Source: an uncultured Desulfobacteraceae bacterium
Lineage (GTDB): Bacteria > Desulfobacterota > DSM-4660 > Desulfatiglandales > HGW-15
Reading direction: 5' to 3'
NCBI GenBank assembly: GCA_964418945.1
Contig: CAYQNR010000003.1
Coordinates: 24,125 to 88,124 of the forward strand
Length of the DNA: 64,000 nucleotides
Shown: piece after piece, positions 28,962-37,340 of the stretch
Layout: each line of letters begins with the position of its first letter
Position numbering within the stretch: the first letter of the stretch is position 1
The notes under the pieces: generated by a model
What the model was told of the DNA's origin: nothing
The model's database searches: none
What the model saw: only the letters and a program-made list of their open reading frames with translations
Made by a program: the position numbers and the translations under genes

Positions 28962-29745
28962 AAGGGGGCCTTTCCAGATACGACCTGGCCCGCTCATAGA
29001 TCTCCGAAACACGGGTGGATTCTTTGGGAAGTGCGTTTCGGATCTTTTCAAGATATCCACGTTCCCGGACGATTTGAAATGTCCGCGGGAAGTTTAAATC
29101 ATATACCCACCCCATCTGAAGTAACTTGAAATCGTTCAGTGTCTTGAGGTCGGCCATCTGCGCCAGCTTCCCGTTCATAAGCGCATTATAGACCGGTTCC
29201 GAAACCCGATCTGTATCAGGCAAATCCAATTCAATAGTATGGTTACGTTTTTCCCCCCTACGTTGATAGTAGTCTGTTACCACACGCCAGATATCGACTT
29301 TATCAGCATCCCTGAGGAGTTTCAGGAAAAAGAGGCAACGCTCTTCTTCTCCTGGTGGCAAAGAGGCACGATTATGGTATCCCACAACCTTCAGGATTAT
29401 TTGGGCCGTACCCGGTTCAAGTCCAGCCAGGAGCCGGTTATCTTTTATAACTTTGACTCCAAGGGCAGCATGGTCCTCCGACCGGTAATCCGAAAATGTC
29501 CTATACTGGATATATTGTTGGAATCGACCGATATCGTGTAACAACGCGGATGCCTCAGCCACGCACAGGTCTTCTTCGCATAGATCGAGGCTCCCCCCAA
29601 TATCTATGATTGCCTCGCAGACACGGAGGGTGTGGGCTACTTTTAGATCAATGTTTTCCCGGATAACCGGGTCATCGGAAGAGAACTGACCGACATAGCC
29701 CTCAAATCGTTCTTTAAGCCTCGGAAGCATGGACTGCGCGTTCAT
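28951..29745 (-). CDS. HD-domain metal-dependent phosphohydrolase
   Basis: LKVAHTLRV, LLHDIGRF.QY, DHA..G, RDADK.D. Confidence 0.88.
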   Translation of the reverse strand: MNAQSMLPRLKERFEGYVGQFSSDDPVIRENIDLKVAHTLRVCEAIIDIGGSLDLCEEDLCVAEASALLHDIGRFQQYIQYRTFSDYRSEDHAALGVKVIKDNRLLAGLEPGTAQIILKVVGYHNRASLPPGEEERCLFFLKLLRDADKVDIWRVVTDYYQRRGEKRNHTIELDLPDTDRVSEPVYNALMNGKLAQMADLKTLNDFKLLQMGWVYDLNFPRTFQIVRERGYLEKIRNALPKESTRVSEIYERARSYLERPPFIL

Positions 29746-29794
29746 CTTTGCTTCTCATCCCTGCCCGCCCGGCAGGCCATTAATACCTGATTCG

Positions 29795-29968
29795 TCATGA
29801 AGGGCACGCCCCCGGGCCTATCCTCGATTTCTTGGTCCCCCTCGCGATCCATTCTAAAAGCCTGTGCATGAATCCCTGTTTTTGAGTTCCCTGCAGGGAG
29901 GGATCGCTATGCGAAGGTTTAATAGCGCTGTTTCCTTCTGGGTTTTTAACTCTTTCCTTGATCTCCAT
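29795..29968 (-). CDS. small hypothetical protein (57 aa), below the ORF-track cutoff
   Basis: MEIKERVKNPEGNSAIKPSHSDPSLQGTQKQGFMHRLLEWIARGTKKSRIGPGACPS*; AAGGA RBS; fills the gap between DUF89 and HD genes. Confidence 0.45.
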   Translation of the reverse strand: MEIKERVKNPEGNSAIKPSHSDPSLQGTQKQGFMHRLLEWIARGTKKSRIGPGACPS

Positions 29969-30812
29969 TAAATCCTTCGGCTTTCAAGACAATATCACCT
30001 TCATTAACGCCGATATCGGCGGCAATTACATTACACTTAGCCTTTAACAAAAACAATATGGGCCGTCTTTTCCCTGACAGGGCCTCATAGTTGCCCTGCC
30101 CCTTACTTATGATTAATTCTGAATTGTCATAAAGTCTCTTGAATCCATCATTACAAGTTTCAAGGACGGTCCCGGGCGCGTCGGTCCCGGAAGATAATAT
30201 GGTGGCAACCTTATCAATACCTGCTTCTGCTGCGTCTTCGTATATGGCGTCATTTATAACCGGCACCTCCCTTACTATATATATAACCGGTTTCTTTATT
30301 TCCTCTATCAGAATTCTGTCAAAGACACATTCACCGGCATTATCTCCAATATATAAGATTGTGCTGACTTTATTCAGGTTTTCTTTGAATGTCCCATAGT
30401 CACATATGGCGAAATCCTTATCAAGGACATCATCCATATCATCCTTCAGATCAAAATTCGAATTAACTCCAAAGTCTATCACATTTCCGGCAATAGCAAT
30501 TCTAATAGCGCTCAGAAGTCTGTCCTTTGACTTCTCCAGATGTTTTTTCATATAGGGATAAAGAGACAGCGCCTTTTTGGTATTTTCCTTTTTTATTTCT
30601 CTATAGGGGTCAGGATTCCCCGTAATCTCACTTATCTTTTTATAGATTATCCTCCCGGTTTCAGGGGGAGAGCTCTCCAGAGGGATCTCCCTAAGCATCA
30701 TGCCCACTTCGTCTAATACCTCCTTGATCTTCTTTTTATCATCTGTTGCTATCCTCGCGGCTCGGAGCGCCTGGGACATAAAGCAGGGGAAACAGTCAAG
30801 ATATGTCTTCAT
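29946..30812 (-). CDS. ARMT1/DUF89-family metal-dependent phosphatase
   Basis: MKTYLDCFPC, DPY...K, GNVIDFG, DNAGE, SKGQGNYE. Confidence 0.92.
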   Translation of the reverse strand: MKTYLDCFPCFMSQALRAARIATDDKKKIKEVLDEVGMMLREIPLESSPPETGRIIYKKISEITGNPDPYREIKKENTKKALSLYPYMKKHLEKSKDRLLSAIRIAIAGNVIDFGVNSNFDLKDDMDDVLDKDFAICDYGTFKENLNKVSTILYIGDNAGECVFDRILIEEIKKPVIYIVREVPVINDAIYEDAAEAGIDKVATILSSGTDAPGTVLETCNDGFKRLYDNSELIISKGQGNYEALSGKRRPILFLLKAKCNVIAADIGVNEGDIVLKAEGFNGDQGKS

Positions 30813-30838
30813 TTTCCCAAATCCTATCTTCAAAAATG

Positions 30839-31720
30839 TGGTTCATCCGCTTAATGAGTACATAAAGAAATAAAAGATCAGACCTTATTTTCTGAGTAGG
30901 TTAATGGCCCATGGAGGCTCTCTTTTACGCGGCGAAAGTATTAACAGCATGCTAATTACGCAAGGTGCCACCCAGGCGGGCGGAATAGTTATGAGATAAT
31001 AGAGAATTTTTGACTGGGGCCAAGTCTGACAAAGGGTACCCGCCCGCCTCGTCTTGTCTTATGCAGGGTCACTGCACATAAACGAGTTCGCCGCTTAAAA
31101 CAGAACCCCATGGCCCATATAGCACAATATATCATCACGTAAGGTCACGGCTGTTCTTGGAAAGACGACATCTCAAAAAGAATTCCACCCAAGGCCTGCA
31201 GTGGGCTTATTTTCAAGGGTTTGCTCTACCAGACCCCTGGCAGAATATACCGTTGGAACCAGGAAAAGGTTTGCCAAACCCTTGAAAATAAGAGCACGTC
31301 CACTGAATGCCATAGATGTCGTCTTGAAAAGAACCAGCTGTGACCGGATATTAGGGATACCTTTATCCAGTCATGATATTTTGGTCCAATCGGTTAATGA
31401 GTACGTAAAGAAATAAAAGATTAAACCTTATTGTAAGTACCTTAATGGCCCATGGAGGCTCTCTTTTACGCGGCGAAAGTATTAACAGCATGCTAATTAC
31501 GCAAGGTGCCACCCAGGCGGGCGGAATAGTTATGAGATAATAGAGAATTTTTGACTGGGGCCAAGTCTGACAAAGGGTACCCGCCCGCCTCGTCTTGTCT
31601 TATGCAGGGTCACTGCACATAAACGAGTTCGCCGCTTAAAACAGAACCCCATGGCCCATATAGCGCAAAATGTTTAGTTTAGATATCATCAACTAGCGTA
31701 CTCATTAACCGGATGAACCA
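30839..31720. repeat. non-coding array: 23-bp motif, cassette A, cassette B, 23-bp motif, identical cassette A', inverted 23-bp motif
   Basis: 30901-31123 identical to 31442-31664 (223/223 by eye); cassette B 31143-31345 with perfect arms 31206-31223/31275-31292 and 31162-31173/31314-31325; motif copies at 30839, 31382 and 31698 (inverted). Confidence 0.85.
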
Positions 31721-31791
31721 AAATGTCTTGTTTTATTTTTCCGGTCTTCGTCGAGATCATATATAATTATTTACCTTTTTCTTTCAAGGCA

Positions 31792-32028
31792 CTAATTAAT
31801 ATGCCTTATTGTAATGGCATGTAATCGACAGGCCTCCAAACAATCCCCGCAGCCCATGCACATATCCTGAAATACAATGGGAGGCTCGAAAGCTCCGTCT
31901 ATCTGGGTCAGAACCTTATGTGTACACGCCTTTGCTGCTTCGCAAATACCTGTCTCCGGGTTGCACTTGCTTGGATCACATATATCGTAATCTACAAAAG
32001 CGAATTCCTTTTTTGGCTGAATAGACAT
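31792..32028 (-). CDS. small 4Fe-4S ferredoxin (RLI-type N-terminus)
   Basis: AFVDYDICDPSKC...C...C and CMGCGDCLEAC. Confidence 0.8.
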   Translation of the reverse strand: MSIQPKKEFAFVDYDICDPSKCNPETGICEAAKACTHKVLTQIDGAFEPPIVFQDMCMGCGDCLEACRLHAITIRHIN

Positions 32029-32375
32029 TTGAACCTTCTATTAAATATAATATTTAACATAAATATAAAAGTGGCACATTTCAAGATGGGCGAATCCTAT
32101 ATTAAGTCGTTTTAATGCTTAGAATCATATAAGTATCAAATATCTAAACATGTAAAATGCTCAAAACATCCTTCTGTTAGGAATAAGAGGGACCAATCTT
32201 CCTAAAGAAATAGACGCCGACCATCTATAATCAGGAGAATTAGATAAACTTATGAATGGTAGGGGGTCCGAATCAAACAGGGAATTAGATGGAGGCTCTT
32301 ACAGATTAGTATTACGCAAGATTTTAACCGGGCCCTGTTGCTTCTAATTCAGTTCATTAAGGAGCCCGCAAATAA

Positions 32376-34247
32376 TCAAGAAGATAAATGTCTGTCTATT
32401 CCCTCCGCGGCTATTTTGGCGTCAGCAATGGCGGTTACCGCATCCAGATTTGTATTGACAATATCGCCGCCGGCAAAGACCTTTTCTATGGTGGTCTGTC
32501 CGTTCTCATCAACCTTAACCTTCCTTCTCTCGGTAAACTCAAGTTTCGCGAAAAGTTCTTCAGGTATAAATGAAAAATCTGTCCTCTGGCCGATGGCCTC
32601 GATTATCATATTCCCTTCCAGGAACATCTCTTTATCCTCATAAAAGGTAGGACTGAATCTGCCTTGCTCATCAAACACCGATTTTACCTTCACGCACTGA
32701 AGACCTTTTACCTCTCCTTCTTCACCTAAGACGACCTCCTTCGGCCCCCAGGCGGGATTAAAGCGGATTCCCTCCTCTTTTGCCTCTTCTATCTCATCTT
32801 CTTTTGCCGGCATTATATCCCAGTCTTCCAGAGACACGGTCTGGGTCATAATCTCTTTTCCCGGGTGCTGAATATTCTGCAGTCGGAGGGCCACCCTGGC
32901 CACATCCATGGCTACATTACCTCCGCCTATCACAACGGTCTTTTCACCTACTTCAACGGCCCTCCCGAGCTTATTATCTTCCAAGAAATTAAGCGCCAAA
33001 AGGCACTTTTCAGCATTCTTGACCCTGGTTGAATTGCTCCTGGTAGTCCCTATTCCCAGATAGACCGCATCGTAATCTCTCCTAATATCCTCGAATAGAA
33101 GATCTTCCCCCACAGTTGTATTAAACCTGAATTCAACCCCAAGAGAAGCAATATAATCCACATCTTGATCAATCGCCTCTATGGGCAATCTATAAACCGG
33201 GGGACCGATTCTCATGGTTCCTCCTCCACCCGGCAGAGAATCAAATACTGTTACCTCATGTCCTTTAAGCCTCAAAAAATAGGCCACTGACAGGCCCCCT
33301 GGTCCCGCGCCGATAACAGCAACCTTTTTGCCCGTAGGTTTACCCGGTTTAAGCTCTAAAGCAGTCTTGTAATCCCCAATAATATCAGCGACATATCTCT
33401 TCAGCCACCTTACAGCTACGGCCTCTCCTCTTATACTCAGGGAACATGCGTCTTCACAGTATTTCATGCATACCCTTCCACAGATAGCAGGAATCGGATT
33501 ATCTTCAAATATCTTCTTTAAAGACTCTTCCGGTTTATCTTCGTAGATTGCCCGGATATAGTCGGAAATCTTTAAATGGGCCGGACAGGCCTCTTCACAT
33601 AATCTACATTCCAGGCATCTGGATGCCTCCTTCTTTGCCTCCTCTTTGCTATAACCTATAACCTGCTCTATAAAGGATAGTTTCCTTGCCTCAGGCCTTA
33701 CCTCAGGCATTGGGACTCGTTCCGGTTCAAATAAGGAATATTCGAGATCGGATGAAAACCCCTCATAATCCTTTTTACGGTGGCTCAGGCTTGCCTTGAG
33801 CACGGAATATTCCTCAGCAGGGAAAAAATGTTCATTGTCCAACTTTTCATCTTTGGGGATGAAAGTAAAAGTGTCTGTATCAAAATGGATATGAAAATAG
33901 TCCCTGGAGAGGCTTAAGGACCCGGGAGGACATATATCTACACAGAGACCGCAAAAACAGCATCTGCCATAGTCAAGCCTGGGTCTTTCATTTTTTATCC
34001 CCTCTTTTGGTTTGCTCGCTAATTCAGGTATCTCTACCATCTCAATTGCTTCGTTAGGGCATATATCAGCACAATTACCGCACCCGGTGCATTTATCCCA
34101 GTCGTTAAGATGGAAACCCCTATATCTTAAAGCAGGCTCTTTAGGTTCGAAAGGATACCTCAAGGTCTTCGGTCTCTTCCAGAGAAACCTGATAGCTTTG
34201 AATGCCCCTAAAAAACTCCCTTTGTTTTTTTCTAATTTTTCCATCAT
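32376..34247 (-). CDS. NuoI/MbxN-like ferredoxin fused to GltD-like FAD/NAD(P)H oxidoreductase
   Basis: T..YPFE, CTGCGNCADICP, CCFCGLCVDICP; then SRCLEC..CEEACP, ICGRVC..YCE..C, GAGPGG, GGGNVAMD, FAGGD. Confidence 0.9.
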   Translation of the reverse strand: MMEKLEKNKGSFLGAFKAIRFLWKRPKTLRYPFEPKEPALRYRGFHLNDWDKCTGCGNCADICPNEAIEMVEIPELASKPKEGIKNERPRLDYGRCCFCGLCVDICPPGSLSLSRDYFHIHFDTDTFTFIPKDEKLDNEHFFPAEEYSVLKASLSHRKKDYEGFSSDLEYSLFEPERVPMPEVRPEARKLSFIEQVIGYSKEEAKKEASRCLECRLCEEACPAHLKISDYIRAIYEDKPEESLKKIFEDNPIPAICGRVCMKYCEDACSLSIRGEAVAVRWLKRYVADIIGDYKTALELKPGKPTGKKVAVIGAGPGGLSVAYFLRLKGHEVTVFDSLPGGGGTMRIGPPVYRLPIEAIDQDVDYIASLGVEFRFNTTVGEDLLFEDIRRDYDAVYLGIGTTRSNSTRVKNAEKCLLALNFLEDNKLGRAVEVGEKTVVIGGGNVAMDVARVALRLQNIQHPGKEIMTQTVSLEDWDIMPAKEDEIEEAKEEGIRFNPAWGPKEVVLGEEGEVKGLQCVKVKSVFDEQGRFSPTFYEDKEMFLEGNMIIEAIGQRTDFSFIPEELFAKLEFTERRKVKVDENGQTTIEKVFAGGDIVNTNLDAVTAIADAKIAAEGIDRHLSS

Positions 34248-35341
34248 CTGTCTATTTCCGGAGCAACAACATATAGGCTTATCATGATATTGCCCACATC
34301 GGCAATGCTGGCATCTTTTAACAACCTTTCCAGAATGGTCAACCCATGAGTATATGAAGGGGTCCTAAAGTTTACCCTATAGGGTTTATCCCCGCCATTG
34401 CTTACCATATAAAGACCTAACTCTCCTCTGGAAGACTCAATTCTTACATAGGCCTCTCCTTTTGGAATTTTCCATTTGAACGGGTTAAGCACCTTACTAT
34501 ATGCCTTTCCTTGAGGCATAGCGTCAAGGAGCTTGAATATCATATGAACGCTTTCTATCATCTCGTTCCTTATTACCCATATCCTCGAATAGGCGTCACC
34601 GTCTTCCCTTGTATGAACATCCCAGTCTATACTATCATAAGCGGCATAGCTTTCGACTTTCCTTACGTCATATTTTACGCCTGTAGCCCTCAGGACCTGG
34701 CCCATCGCCCCGAGCTTCTTTGCGTCTTCCCGGGTTATTTTCCCTATATCCTTGGCCCTATCGTAAAATAAACGGTTGTTAAAAAAGGTGGAATCATAAT
34801 CCGGCACACAGCCCCCTATGGAATGCAGGGTATTCACAATCCTATCCTTGAATCCCTCCGGGAAATCGCGCCTTACTCCACCGGGCCAGATATATATATG
34901 ATATACCCTCCCCCCTGTAAGTTCCTCAAAAAGGTCCAGGATAAGATCCCTGTGATACATGGCCCATTGAGCAACAGTATCAAAACCAAGCATATTGGAA
35001 TAGGCCCACAAACCAAACAGGTGGGAAGAGACCCTGGAAAGCTCCAGATATACGCTCCTTATATAGTGCGCCCTTTCCGGGACCTCTATATTGGCCAGTT
35101 TCTCAACGGCCATTGCATATACCATTTCCATTGGATCAGGTTCCACCACATTTATCCTGCATACCAATGGAAAGTTCTGTATCCAGGTCCTCAGTTCCAT
35201 GAGTTTTTCAAAACCTCTATGCAAATACCCGGGGTTGGCAGTCGCCTCCAGGATACGATCGCCTTCAACCTTTAAGGTAATGCTGAAGTTGCCTACCATC
35301 CCCAGATGCTGGGGTCCAAAATATAGTTCAAGTTCTCTCAT
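34244..35341 (-). CDS. mbxL: NuoD-like subunit, MbxL/MbsL type, without NiFe-binding CxxC motifs
   Basis: FGPQH, ANPGYLHRGFEKL, EELTGGRVYHIY..PGGVRRD, ES.RGE, KPYRV, C-terminal PEIDR. Confidence 0.85.
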   Translation of the reverse strand: MRELELYFGPQHLGMVGNFSITLKVEGDRILEATANPGYLHRGFEKLMELRTWIQNFPLVCRINVVEPDPMEMVYAMAVEKLANIEVPERAHYIRSVYLELSRVSSHLFGLWAYSNMLGFDTVAQWAMYHRDLILDLFEELTGGRVYHIYIWPGGVRRDFPEGFKDRIVNTLHSIGGCVPDYDSTFFNNRLFYDRAKDIGKITREDAKKLGAMGQVLRATGVKYDVRKVESYAAYDSIDWDVHTREDGDAYSRIWVIRNEMIESVHMIFKLLDAMPQGKAYSKVLNPFKWKIPKGEAYVRIESSRGELGLYMVSNGGDKPYRVNFRTPSYTHGLTILERLLKDASIADVGNIMISLYVVAPEIDR

Positions 35342-35892
35342 TTCTCTTTATTCTCTACAAACGGGATTTCGTCAAAAAAGTCCTTAACATATTTTCTCGT
35401 ATCAAAATCCTTTCTAAAAGGAGGTATTTCATATTCCCTTTCCAGAAAAAGCGGAATCAGTCTTGGATGCCCCTCAAAATCTATTCCGAAGAGCTCGTGT
35501 ATCTCACGCTCATAGGCTTCAGCGTTTTCAAAAACAGGGATTGCGGTAATAAATCTGGGGTCTTCCCTGGGGATTCTTGTCTTCAAGATTATGTTTAACC
35601 TGTTATCAACACCTGCCCTTTGATCAACCGGTTCATCAGGCATCTTGTTTCCAACCGGGGTTATGTCTGCTTTATAAGAACTGATTATGTAAATCAGCTC
35701 GAATTCGTTTTCTTCTATCCAGTCCGTACAGGATATTAGGGCCAGGTGGTCATATCCCTTATCCTTAAGAAAATTCAGTATGGTCAGGATCATAGCCCCC
35801 CGGGCGCTTATAATCAGCCTGCTGTTCTCTGGAACGAATATTTGAATGTCTTTAAATATAGATTCCAACTCATTTTTTAAAGCGCTAATCAT
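35338..35892 (-). CDS. NuoC/MbxK-like subunit
   Basis: DHL..ISC.DW, YEREIHELFGI.FEGHP.L, PPFRKDF. Confidence 0.88.
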   Translation of the reverse strand: MISALKNELESIFKDIQIFVPENSRLIISARGAMILTILNFLKDKGYDHLALISCTDWIEENEFELIYIISSYKADITPVGNKMPDEPVDQRAGVDNRLNIILKTRIPREDPRFITAIPVFENAEAYEREIHELFGIDFEGHPRLIPLFLEREYEIPPFRKDFDTRKYVKDFFDEIPFVENKEK

Positions 35893-36445
35893 TCCCGCCC
35901 CCTATTGAGTATAATGGCGGCCAATCAAGCTTGCCAAGCACCCTTTCCTGGTTCTCTCGATAATACTTGTATTTCTCCCTGTAGTTTACATACGCCTTGG
36001 CCTTTCCCTGATCAATTAATGTCCAGAGGTGTGTTACAGCGACAAATATTGCCTCGGGCCTGGGCATACACCCGGCAATCCAGCCATCTATAGGGATATA
36101 TTTGTCAAGATGCTTTATGGTATTGTATGAATCCCAGTACATGCCGCCGTTTATAGGGCAGGAGCCGAAACCTACTGCGTATTTTGGATCAGGCATCTGT
36201 TCATATGTCCTTATAATGGCCCTCAGGGTCTTTACCGAGACATATCCTGTAATTAGAAATAGATTTGCCTGCCTGGGAGTAGCTACAGGTATAACCCCAA
36301 ACCTTTCCGCGTCCCACCTTGCGGTTATAACCGGGGGTATCTCTATAATCCCGCAACCTGTACAAAAGTATATGGCCCAGAGGGAATACTTGTGTCCCAT
36401 CTTGCCGGGAGCTTTAAACCATTTTTTAATATCTTTTCTGTCCAT
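35885..36445 (-). CDS. mbxJ: NuoB-like Fe-S subunit, MbxJ/MbsJ type
   Basis: SLW...FCTGCG.IE, ERFG, ITGYV..KTL, GSCPINGG.YWD.YN, AGCMPRPEA. Confidence 0.88.
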   Translation of the reverse strand: MDRKDIKKWFKAPGKMGHKYSLWAIYFCTGCGIIEIPPVITARWDAERFGVIPVATPRQANLFLITGYVSVKTLRAIIRTYEQMPDPKYAVGFGSCPINGGMYWDSYNTIKHLDKYIPIDGWIAGCMPRPEAIFVAVTHLWTLIDQGKAKAYVNYREKYKYYRENQERVLGKLDWPPLYSIGGGND

Positions 36446-36449
36446 TGAA

Positions 36450-37340
36450 TTATCTTATTATCATAACCAGGATTAATCCCAAGAGAGATATGATCACAGG
36501 CCATTTCCACAGGTATTTAATTGCCTGCTCGATTCTAAATCTCGGGAAGACTCCATGAATAAAGGTTAATAAAATAAACACAACTAACATCTTTATAAAG
36601 AAGGTCAACGGGTTACTCCCGCCTCCCAGGAATAGATCCACGAATAAGGCGATATAAATAAATAAGCTGAAGGCGTGCCATATGTGAAATAGACCCAGAT
36701 GCCTGCCCCCGTATTCTACCGCGGGTCCTGATGAAATCTCTTGTGGCGCGCCTGCAACATCAAAAGGCCGAATCCCCAACATGGCCGGCAGGATTAAAAA
36801 ATAGGCTATCCCTGATAAGGCCAGCGGTGAGAACAAGGCCCACTGAAAATTCCTTTGATTCTCAACTATATCCACAATAGAGATCGTATTATAATAGGTC
36901 ATCAATGTAAGCAATACTAATAGAAATGAAACCTCATATCCCAAGGCTAATATAAGCTTCCTGGAAACCCCAATGCTGATATTCGGATTTGCGCCCTCGC
37001 CGCCGGATAGGGCAATCCCTAAAGGCGCAAAAAGCATAATATAAAGTATAACAAGTAATCCTCCTGAATTGCTCAGGGGGCATATTCCGCCAAATGGAAT
37101 AAAAAGCACCAGAATTATAGAACCTGCTAAAGCTAGGATTATGCCCAGATCAAAAACAGGGCCATGCGAGAACCCCTGCTGGTGAAATAATTTAATCAAA
37201 TCCAAAACGGGCTGAATGATCGGCGGACCGTAACGCCAATGGAGCCTTGCTGTAATCTTTCTGAACAGGCCTAAGAAAAATACCCCGACTATAAAGGCTA
37301 AAATGGGTGATACAATTATTTCCAATACTTTTATTACCAT
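36450..37340 (-). CDS. NuoH/MbxM-like membrane subunit
   Basis: RKITARLHWRYGPPI.QP, PFD...A.QEI..GP..EY.G, FPRFRIEQ. Confidence 0.9.
   Translation of the reverse strand: MVIKVLEIIVSPILAFIVGVFFLGLFRKITARLHWRYGPPIIQPVLDLIKLFHQQGFSHGPVFDLGIILALAGSIILVLFIPFGGICPLSNSGGLLVILYIMLFAPLGIALSGGEGANPNISIGVSRKLILALGYEVSFLLVLLTLMTYYNTISIVDIVENQRNFQWALFSPLALSGIAYFLILPAMLGIRPFDVAGAPQEISSGPAVEYGGRHLGLFHIWHAFSLFIYIALFVDLFLGGGSNPLTFFIKMLVVFILLTFIHGVFPRFRIEQAIKYLWKWPVIISLLGLILVMIIR

Noticed and set aside
30955-30971. sigma54 promoter TGGCAC..TTGC on the minus strand in cassette A
   Set aside because: Only 1 nt separates TGGCAC and TTGC; the -24/-12 geometry needs 5
31201-31416. 71-aa ORF inside cassette B
   Set aside because: It lies across a palindromic repeat with no RBS or recognisable motif, so it is probably incidental
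30839-31720. CRISPR array
   Set aside because: Repeat units are 220-540 bp apart, there are no 30-40-bp unique spacers between identical short repeats, and no cas genes are in the window
34244-35341. Group 4 [NiFe]-hydrogenase large subunit
   Set aside because: Both RxCxxC and DPCxxC Ni-binding motifs are absent and there are no hyp genes nearby
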